Assembly: GCA_945877135.1 (NCBI GenBank)
Contig: CAMCQY010000002.1
Span: 22,796 to 86,795, forward strand
Direction: 5' to 3'
DNA length: 64,000 bases
DNA from: Candidatus Kuenenia stuttgartensis
Lineage (GTDB): Bacteria > Planctomycetota > Planctomycetia > Pirellulales > UBA1268
How positions within the stretch are numbered: position 1 is the stretch's first letter; each line of letters starts with the position of its first letter. Shown piece after piece: positions 57,113 to 64,000 of the stretch. Under the pieces are notes generated by a model. It was not told the DNA's origin. It saw only the letters and a list, made by a program, of their open reading frames with translations, and did not search any database. The translations under genes were made by a program, and so were the position numbers.

Positions 57113-58048
57113 ATGCGTTCTACGCTGCTGGCCGTCGCGGCCCTCGCCTTTCTGAGGATCGTCGTCGGGATGCATTTTTTCCTGGAGGGACTGAGCCACC
57201 TGCGGGATCCAGATTGGTCGAGTGCCGGGTTCCGCAAGGCGGCCGTCGGCCCGCTGGCCGATTTCTTTCGCGCGTCGCTACCGGAGACGGGTAACTGGTC
57301 GAACACGCTGGGCAAGGCGGACGGTCTGCCTGTGGCCGAGGCCGCGGCCGCCTGGAAGGCGAACGTGGTCGCCGGTTGGCGCAGGCAGTTGGCCGATCGG
57401 GAAAAAATCGTGCCACTCGATGCGGCGGCCAAGACCGCCGCCGAGCAGCGGCTCACTGCAGCCGCATCTGAACTGGATGATCTGGTCGGCGGGATCAACG
57501 ATGAACTGGTTGACTACCGGCTGCAGGTGGATCGCCTCGTGTCGATGGAGCGTGTGCCGGCTTCGTCGCAAATTCCCTTCGCGCGGGACCGCATAGCCAA
57601 GAAGCGGCGGGAACTCGGTGGTCAGGCCGCCGGCTGGATGAAGGACGCTGCAGCAATCGGCACCAGGCTCGTTGCCGAGTGGGATGAGCCGCTGCCCGTC
57701 GCCGACCGCCGCCGTCTGGACGCGGCCGTCGAACGGAGCTCGCTGTGGAGGGCAGACCGGTTTGTGAGCTGGTCGCTGACCACGATCGGGGCCTGCCTTG
57801 TGCTGGGCGTCCTCGTGAAGTTCAACGCCATGGGTGGCGTCTGCTTCCTCGCCAGCATCATCGCCTCGCAGCCATTCTGGGTGCCTGGTGCGCAGGCCAC
57901 GTATGACCAGTGGGTGGAACTCGCCGCCCTGCTGGCGATTGCCAGCCTACCGACTGGCGGCTGGAGCGGCCTCGATTTTTTCTTCGGAAAATGGCTTGGA
58001 AATTTCTGTCCTCTGGCCGGCTGCTGCCGGACGGAAGCCCACGATTGA
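57113..58048 (+). CDS. DoxX-like membrane protein with a large soluble insert (hypothetical)
   Basis: The N-terminal TM helix LLAVAALAFLRIVVGMHFFLEG is DoxX-like. A ~190-aa hydrophilic helical insert follows, then three C-terminal TM helices. Confidence 0.5.
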   Translation: MRSTLLAVAALAFLRIVVGMHFFLEGLSHLRDPDWSSAGFRKAAVGPLADFFRASLPETGNWSNTLGKADGLPVAEAAAAWKANVVAGWRRQLADREKIVPLDAAAKTAAEQRLTAAASELDDLVGGINDELVDYRLQVDRLVSMERVPASSQIPFARDRIAKKRRELGGQAAGWMKDAAAIGTRLVAEWDEPLPVADRRRLDAAVERSSLWRADRFVSWSLTTIGACLVLGVLVKFNAMGGVCFLASIIASQPFWVPGAQATYDQWVELAALLAIASLPTGGWSGLDFFFGKWLGNFCPLAGCCRTEAHD

Positions 58049-58071
58049 CCACGTTTTTGTGAGGTGATGCG

Positions 58072-59760
58072 ATGAACCTGACGGAATCCCAGAAGACGAT
58101 CGGCAAGGAAAATTTCACCGACGTCGTGAATATCACGCGGCGGGATTTCCTCACCGGCACGCTCGCGGCTGGCCTCGCCACCGGTGCGGGCCTGGGATCG
58201 ATCTACTTCGGCTACGGCAAGAGCGTCGGCGACCCGCTCCGTGTGGGCTTTATTGGCACGGGCGACGAGGGTAGCGTGCTCCTGGGGGCCCACAATCCAG
58301 ACTATCTCAACGTTGTCGCAATCGCCGACATCCGTCCCTACAACGTCTTCCGCGCGTTCCACGGCGACGCCTCCAGCCCCACGGCCATGACGGCCCGCCC
58401 GGGACTGATGGCGAAGTACAAGTGGTCGAGCGAGGACGAGGCCCGCAAGAAGGTGAAGGTCTACGGTGCCTACGAAGACCTGCTGGCCGACGACGACATC
58501 GAAGCCGTGGTCATTTCTCTGCCCCTCCACCTGCACGCAGAGGCCGCGATCAAGGCGATGCGGGCCGGCAAGCACGTGCTCACCGAGAAGCTGATGGGCC
58601 ACTCGATCCACGAGTGCAAGGAAATGAGCCGCGTGTCGCGGGAGACGGGCAAGATTCTCGCCACTGGCCACCAGCGGCATTACAGCGTGCTCTACGACAA
58701 CGCCGTTCACACCATCGGCAAGGCCCGTCTGCTCGGCGATCTGCATGCGATCCGGGCCCAGTGGCACCGTGGGAATCTGCCCGGCAACGACAGTTGGAAG
58801 CCGCCGATGCCGGACGACGCGTCGCTCGCCAAGAAACTGGCCGGCTGGAAGAAGGATCTCGACTCGGCAAAGCCCGGCGACATCGCTGGCCTGACGAAGC
58901 GGATCGCGCAGTTGGAGGCCCAGATCTCCGACACGGTTGTCGATGCCACGAAGTATGGCTACGCGCCCATGACGCTTGGCGATGGGAGCACCCGGACGCC
59001 GATGGAAGAACTCATCCGCTGGCGGCTCTGGAACCGCACCGGCGGCGGCCTGATGGCGGAGCTCGGCAGCCACCAACTCGACGCGGCTGGCATCTTCGTT
59101 TCGGCGATGCACGGCGAGGGGAAGAAGGTGAAGCCTCTCACGGTGACGGCGGTCGGCAATCGCAGCATCTTCCCGGCCGATCGCGAGGTCGATGACCACG
59201 TCTACTGCATGTACGAGTATCCGGCCCCTGGCTACGAAGAGGACAAGAACAAGAAGGTGGTCGTCACCTACTCGTCAATCAACGGCAACGGTTTCGGCGA
59301 TTACGGCGAGGTGGTGATGGGCACGAAGGGCACGCTCGTGCTCGAACGCGAGCAGGACGTCATGCTCTATAAGGGTTCGGCGAAGGACACCCGCGTGACG
59401 GTCGCCAAGGGCAAGGATGGGGCACCGACGCTCGACACCACCGAGAGCGGTGGTGGTGGCGGCGGGTCGGCGGCTAGCGGCAAGCCGGGTGGCGATGGGG
59501 CCCCGCCCTCCCGCGGCTACACGGAGGAGATGGAGCACTGGGCGTGGTGCATCCGCAACCCGTCGCCGGAGAACCAGCCGCGGTGCAAGCCCGAGGTGGC
59601 GATCGCCGACGCGGTGATCGCGCTGGTGAGCAACATCGCCCTGGCGAACCCCGAGACGCAGGCTCGCATTCACTTTAAGCCGGAGTGGTTTGATATCGCG
59701 AGCGACGAGACCCCTGAGGGCGTGAAGCCCGATACGGGCCGCGACAACTACAAGATCTGA
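58072..59760 (+). CDS. Tat-exported Gfo/Idh/MocA-family oxidoreductase
   Basis: Twin-arginine motif RRDFLTGTLAAGLATGAG. Rossmann motif VGFIGTGDEG, and EKLM with the catalytic Lys. Contains a Gly-rich insert SGGGGGGSAASGKPGG. Confidence 0.85.
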   Translation: MNLTESQKTIGKENFTDVVNITRRDFLTGTLAAGLATGAGLGSIYFGYGKSVGDPLRVGFIGTGDEGSVLLGAHNPDYLNVVAIADIRPYNVFRAFHGDASSPTAMTARPGLMAKYKWSSEDEARKKVKVYGAYEDLLADDDIEAVVISLPLHLHAEAAIKAMRAGKHVLTEKLMGHSIHECKEMSRVSRETGKILATGHQRHYSVLYDNAVHTIGKARLLGDLHAIRAQWHRGNLPGNDSWKPPMPDDASLAKKLAGWKKDLDSAKPGDIAGLTKRIAQLEAQISDTVVDATKYGYAPMTLGDGSTRTPMEELIRWRLWNRTGGGLMAELGSHQLDAAGIFVSAMHGEGKKVKPLTVTAVGNRSIFPADREVDDHVYCMYEYPAPGYEEDKNKKVVVTYSSINGNGFGDYGEVVMGTKGTLVLEREQDVMLYKGSAKDTRVTVAKGKDGAPTLDTTESGGGGGGSAASGKPGGDGAPPSRGYTEEMEHWAWCIRNPSPENQPRCKPEVAIADAVIALVSNIALANPETQARIHFKPEWFDIASDETPEGVKPDTGRDNYKI

Positions 59761-59766
59761 ACGGGT

Positions 59767-59893
59767 GGGTAGCCCGTGCCCCATCGCTGGACGTTCGCTT
59801 CGGCATCCTGCCTTCGCTCGCTCGATGCTGACTGCGCGTCGCCATCCTACCTGCGCTGGTCAGCAACGCCGGCTCTTCGGGCACGGGCAACCC
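59767..59893. repeat. Structured intergenic repeat, family B, copy 3
   Basis: 15-bp closing stem GGGTAGCCCGTGCCC / GGGCACGGGCAACCC (1 mismatch) around the conserved core. Internal hairpins are GGCA-TCC-TGCC and GCTGAC/GTCAGC. The third hairpin is degenerate (GCCA-TCC-TACC). Confidence 0.85.
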
Positions 59894-59898
59894 GCCCT

Positions 59899-59990
59899 CC
59901 CATTCAAGCCCGAAGCGCAAGCGAGAGGAATCCGCGGCCCAGCCCGTCAGGCCACCCGCATACCCTTGCCTGCGCTGCGGACTTGGATGG
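59899..59990. repeat. Family A hairpin repeat, copy 6 (diverged)
   Basis: Arms CCCATTCAAGCCCGAAGCGCAAGCGAGAGGAAT (59899-59931) and ACCCTTGCCTGCGCTGCGGACTTGGATGG (59962-59990). Confidence 0.8.
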
Positions 59991-60080
59991 AGAAAGCGAG
60001 AATCCAGAGCAGCGGGATGCCACGCATTCATGGACGAGCCGTCCCGGCGGTGCGATTGTGCGGGCTCGAATGCCGGCCAG

Positions 60081-62966
60081 TCACTCCGCCCAGGCTGACA
60101 CCGGCACGCAGCTGCAGAACAGATTGCGGTCGCCGTGGACGTTGTCCACGCGGGCGACCGACGGCCAGTATTTGCCACGCTTGAGTGACGCAACCGGAAA
60201 CACGGCAATCTCACGGGCATAGGGCCGGTCCCAATCCTCTGCCGAGATCGCGGCGGCGGTATGCGGAGCGTGCTTGAGCGGGTTGTTGTCCTGGGGCCAG
60301 ATCCCCTCCTCCACCTGCCGAATCTCCTCGCGGATGGCGATCATCGCCGCGATGAACCGGTCGAGTTCGGCCAAGGGCTCGCTCTCGGTCGGCTCCACCA
60401 TCAGCGTGCCTGGCACCGGGAAACTCAGCGTCGGGGCATGAAAGCCGTAGTCGACCAGCCGCTTGGCGACGTCTTCGGCCGTGACGCCGCTGGACTCTTT
60501 CAGCGGACGCAGGTCGAGGATGCACTCATGGGCCACGCGACCGTTCACGCTGGAGTAGAGCGTCGGGTAGTGGCCGTGGAGCCTGGTGCTGACGTAGTTG
60601 GCGGCGAGGATCGCGGCCTCGGTGGCGTGCTTGAGCCCTTCAGGACCCATCATACGGCAGTACATCCAGCTGATCGGCAGCACCGCGGCATTGCCCAGCG
60701 GCGCGGCCGAGACAGCGCCCACGTCGCCGACGGGCAGGCCTCCGGTGGCATGGCCCGGCAGGTACGGCACCAGATCGGCGACCACGCAGACCGGGCCGAC
60801 GCCGGGGCCGCCGCCGCCGTGCGGGATGCAGAACGTCTTGTGGAGGTTCAGGTGGCTGACATCGCCGCCGAACGCGCCCGGGGCCGTGACGCCGACCAAC
60901 GCGTTCATGTTGGCGCCATCGACATACACGCGGCCACCGTGGCGGTGGACGATCTCACAGAGTTCCCTGATCTGTGTTTCGAAGACGCCGTGGGTGCTCG
61001 GGTAGGTGATCATCACGGCTGACAGCCGGTCGCTGTACTGCTCGCACTTGGCCTGAAGTTCCGTCAAATCGACGTTGCCGTGTGCGTCGCAGCCGGTGAC
61101 GACGACCTCCATGCCGGCCATCTGGGCGCTGGCGGGATTCGTGCCGTGGGCAGAGGATGGAATCAGGCAGATCGTACGATGGCCCTGACCGCGGGCCCGC
61201 TGCCAGGCCTGGATCACGAGCAGGCCGGCATACTCCCCCTGGCTGCCAGCATTGGGCTGCAGGCTGATGCCGGCATAGCCGGTGGCCTCGCAGAGCCATT
61301 CGCGGAGCTGCCGTTCCAGGATCCAATAGCCTTCCAACTGGTCGGCAGGCGCGAAGGGGTGGAGGTTCGCGAACTCAGCCCAGGTGATCGGGATCATCTC
61401 ACTGGTGGCATTGAGCTTCATCGTGCAGCTGCCCAGCGGGATCATGCTGCGGTCGAGCGCCAGATCCTTGTCGCTCAGGCTACGGATGTAGCGGAGCATT
61501 GAAGTTTCGCTGTGGTGTGTATTGAACACCGGGTGCGTCAGGAAGTCGGTGGTCCGCCGCAGGCCGGCCGGGATCAGCGGCTCGATGCCCTGCTCGTAGG
61601 CGGCAAACTCCGGGAGCGGCTTCCCCGGCGCCGCAAAGACCTGCAGGAGCCGCACGAGATCGTCGCGGGTGGTGGTCTCGTCGAGTGAGATCGAGAGCGT
61701 CGTCGCATCGAGCGTTCGCAGGTTCATGCCGAGTTCGCGGGCCCGCGCTGCCATTCCCGCGGTCTGGTCGCCTGTCTCGAGGCAGAGCGTGTCGAACGCG
61801 TGGGCATTCCTGATCCGCACGCCGAGTCGCTTGAGCGAGTCAGCGAGCACCGCCGTGTAGGCCGCAATGCGTTGGGCGATCCGGGTGAGGCCGGCTGGAC
61901 CGTGGTAGACGGCGAACATGCTCGCCACCACCGCGGGCAGCACCTGGGCCGTGCAGATGTTGGAGGTGGCCTTTTCGCGGCGGATGTGCTGTTCGCGGGT
62001 CTGCAGGGCGAGCCGATAGGCGGGCCGTCCTTCCGCATCGATGCTCACGCCGACGAGGCGGCCCGGCAACGACCGTTTGAAGGCGTCGCGACAGGCGAAA
62101 AATGCGGCGTGTGGGCCACCGCAGCCCATCGGCATGCCAAACCGCTGGGTGGAGCCGACCACGATGTCGGCGGCCCATTCTCCTGGGGGCACGAGCAGGG
62201 TGAGGGCAAGCAGATCGGTTGCCACGCAGAGTACGGCCTGCTTGGCGTGGACCCTCTCCGCGAGGCCTCGCCAATCGTCCACGGTGCCGTCGGTCGCGGG
62301 ATATTGGACGAGTACACCGAAGCAGTCGTGCCGGCTGAGCAGATCGTCGATGCCGCCGACCCGGACCTCGATACCGAGCGGTCGGGCCCGGGTCTGGAGG
62401 ACTTCCAGCGTCTGCGGGTGGCAGCGGTCATCAGCCAGAAAGATCTGGCTGGCGCTGGCGGAGGTCCGGCGTGCCAGCGTCATCGCCTCGGCCGCGGCGG
62501 TAGCCTCGTCGAGCATCGATGCATTCGCGATCGGCATGCCGGTCAACTCGCAGACCATCGTCTGAAAATTGACGAGGGCCTCCATGCGACCCTGGCTGAT
62601 CTCGGCCTGATAAGGTGTGTAGGCGGTATACCAGGCCGGATTTTCGAGAATGTTCCGCAGGATCACACCGGGCGTGTGGGCGCCGTGGTAGCCCTGGCCG
62701 ATGAAGCTCTTCAGGAGCCGGTTCCGGGAAGCGATGGCCTTCAGTTCCGCGAGAGCGTTGGCCTCGGAGAGCGGCGACGGCAGTTTCATCGCGTCACGGC
62801 GGACGATACTGGCTGGCACGATTCCTTCGACGAGCGACTGGCATGAGGCCTCGCCAATCGCATCGAGCATGTGCCGTTCGTCGGCGGCATCGAGTCCGAT
62901 GTGCCGGGCCCGGAATTCGGTGGCGTTTTCCAGGAATGCGAGTGGGATCGTCGACGAGGCAGACAT
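60081..62966 (-). CDS. gcvP: Glycine dehydrogenase (decarboxylating), single-chain P protein
   Basis: 961-aa fused alpha/beta form with [16 protein letters not shown] and [18 protein letters not shown] (PLP lysine). Start placed at ATG 62966 (MSASSTIP), with GGAG 8 nt upstream. Confidence 0.95.
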   Translation of the reverse strand: MSASSTIPLAFLENATEFRARHIGLDAADERHMLDAIGEASCQSLVEGIVPASIVRRDAMKLPSPLSEANALAELKAIASRNRLLKSFIGQGYHGAHTPGVILRNILENPAWYTAYTPYQAEISQGRMEALVNFQTMVCELTGMPIANASMLDEATAAAEAMTLARRTSASASQIFLADDRCHPQTLEVLQTRARPLGIEVRVGGIDDLLSRHDCFGVLVQYPATDGTVDDWRGLAERVHAKQAVLCVATDLLALTLLVPPGEWAADIVVGSTQRFGMPMGCGGPHAAFFACRDAFKRSLPGRLVGVSIDAEGRPAYRLALQTREQHIRREKATSNICTAQVLPAVVASMFAVYHGPAGLTRIAQRIAAYTAVLADSLKRLGVRIRNAHAFDTLCLETGDQTAGMAARARELGMNLRTLDATTLSISLDETTTRDDLVRLLQVFAAPGKPLPEFAAYEQGIEPLIPAGLRRTTDFLTHPVFNTHHSETSMLRYIRSLSDKDLALDRSMIPLGSCTMKLNATSEMIPITWAEFANLHPFAPADQLEGYWILERQLREWLCEATGYAGISLQPNAGSQGEYAGLLVIQAWQRARGQGHRTICLIPSSAHGTNPASAQMAGMEVVVTGCDAHGNVDLTELQAKCEQYSDRLSAVMITYPSTHGVFETQIRELCEIVHRHGGRVYVDGANMNALVGVTAPGAFGGDVSHLNLHKTFCIPHGGGGPGVGPVCVVADLVPYLPGHATGGLPVGDVGAVSAAPLGNAAVLPISWMYCRMMGPEGLKHATEAAILAANYVSTRLHGHYPTLYSSVNGRVAHECILDLRPLKESSGVTAEDVAKRLVDYGFHAPTLSFPVPGTLMVEPTESEPLAELDRFIAAMIAIREEIRQVEEGIWPQDNNPLKHAPHTAAAISAEDWDRPYAREIAVFPVASLKRGKYWPSVARVDNVHGDRNLFCSCVPVSAWAE

Positions 62967-63024
62967 GACAGGGCTCCAAGGTCGGTGGTCTTGGCCAATG
63001 GAGCGACGGGCCTCCACGGGAACC

Positions 63025-63185
63025 CTGTTGTCCTTGGACCTGAGAGATTCGCCGTAGGCCGCGCCCACGGTTTGCCCCTTCGGTGGACTCTCAGCCCCGC
63101 GGGGCCTGAGTCGCTCTCCAACAGTGCGGTAGTCAGTACTTTTGCCTGAGCGTTCGGCCTTCGGCGGTCTTGCGACTCTCTCCTG
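63025..63185 (-). promoter_or_regulatory. Tandem glycine riboswitch (two aptamers) in the gcvP leader
   Basis: Read on the minus strand. Aptamer 1 is GUCAG-GAGAG-(GUC GCAA GAC)-CGCCGAAGG...CUCAGGCAAAAGUA-CUGAC. Aptamer 2 is CUGUU-GGAGAG-...-CACCGAAGGGGCAA-...-CUCAGGUCCAAGGAC-AACAG. These match the conserved GGAGAG / ACCGAAGGGGCAA / CUCAGG...AAGGAC cores. Confidence 0.85.
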
Positions 63186-63328
63186 ACGCACGAATTCTAG
63201 TATCGAGGCCGGAAACCGGCAACAAAGTCGTCAGGCCCGCTGCCGGCAGTCCTGACAGATGGCGGTGAGCTCGCAAGACTGCGCGATCCCCGGCGGAAGC
63301 CGGGGGACTCCGGGTACGAGCCCGGCAA

Positions 63329-64000
63329 TCACCCGATGTCGAGAAATCTCGGGAGCGGAGCGTCGGCTGGGAGGTCGAGGATCGTGCGGAGTTCGGCGAG
63401 GTCGGCGTCGGAGAGCGGCACGAAGACTACAGGATCCTGGCAGAGCGTCGGGTCGATGAGCCGGTAGCCGGTCACCTGCGTGCCCTGCACGATCGGTGCC
63501 CGACCGTAGCCATACATCATGTTGTCGATTTTTTCGAAGAAGTCGCCAAGCGTGACCGTATCGGGCCGCGGCCGTCGCACGTAGAACAGTTCGATGACGT
63601 CTTTCCAGAAGTGTGGCACGAACTTCTCGCCGAAGTCGGCGTGGCCGACACGATCGCGGTTGGTGCCGGCTATCATGATCGGGAGTGAGTGGAGCGAGAG
63701 ACCGCGGTCTCGGCACCGCGTCTCGATCGTGGTGCCCAGATTGATCAGGAAGTCGGCGCTGTAGCAGTCGTCGCAGATCAGGACGAGTGGAGCGAGATCC
63801 ACCGGTTTTTGAGCTCCGGTGGCGGTCCCGTCAATGAGCGCGTCGGCCAGCCTGCCGAAGGGAATCGAATAGCTCTGGATCTCCTCGGGGGAGCCGTGTC
63901 CAAGGACGACGACCGTGGTGGGGGAGCCTTTCGACGCGGCCTTGCCGACGGCCGCAAGAAAATCGTCGGCGACCTGGCGGATCGACCCGGTGGCGGTGTC
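63329..64000 (-). CDS. Hypothetical protein, 5'-truncated by the window edge; possible clan CD (caspase/legumain-like) cysteine peptidase fold
   Basis: The reading frame stays open from 64000 through the ORF-track start (GTG 63802). VVVLGHGSPEE (His-Gly) and, ~45 aa later, LVLICDDCYSADF (Cys after a hydrophobic strand) recall the His/Cys dyad arrangement. Confidence 0.4.
   Translation of the reverse strand, partial: DTATGSIRQVADDFLAAVGKAASKGSPTTVVVLGHGSPEEIQSYSIPFGRLADALIDGTATGAQKPVDLAPLVLICDDCYSADFLINLGTTIETRCRDRGLSLHSLPIMIAGTNRDRVGHADFGEKFVPHFWKDVIELFYVRRPRPDTVTLGDFFEKIDNMMYGYGRAPIVQGTQVTGYRLIDPTLCQDPVVFVPLSDADLAELRTILDLPADAPLPRFLDIG

Overview
This is a high-GC (by eye about 65-68%) bacterial chromosomal window, densely coding on both strands. 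The protein repertoire suggests Planctomycetota, but that is inference only: a Tat-signal Gfo/Idh/MocA oxidoreductase, TPR proteins, Pro/Ala/Ser/Thr-rich lipoproteins and basic low-complexity tails on housekeeping proteins.

Most genes are core housekeeping:
- metH, a Xer-type recombinase, mutM, trpBA, trpE, mcsAB, coaD and cobA-hemD
- rpsT, rluB, manA, tpx, alaS, recA, gltX, a Fe/Mn SOD and gcvP
- one tRNA-Asp(GTC)
- a tandem glycine riboswitch in front of gcvP

The accessory-looking content is:
1. A roughly 10.5-kb chemosensory operon at 43995-54455 (cheW-mcp-cheR-cheA-cheC-cheD-cheY, with a divergent cheB). It ends in a receiver-adenylate cyclase fusion and faces a soluble protein with an inverted MCP-tip plus sensor architecture.
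2. A three-gene module at 5498-7213: a membrane protein, a degenerate ParA/BY-kinase-like P-loop protein and an ExeA-like AAA ATPase.
3. Two families of structured intergenic repeats that occupy every long convergent gene junction I can see in full.

Family A is made of BIME-like pairs of roughly 30-nt arms. Family B is a roughly 130-nt multi-stem element. Its three copies keep a conserved core but carry compensatory changes in four stems and invariant TCC loops (GGA on the other strand). I rate family B as the most novel signal in the window.

I found no CRISPR array, IS element, prophage or recognisable defence system. All functional calls come from motif recognition in the supplied translations, and no searches were run.
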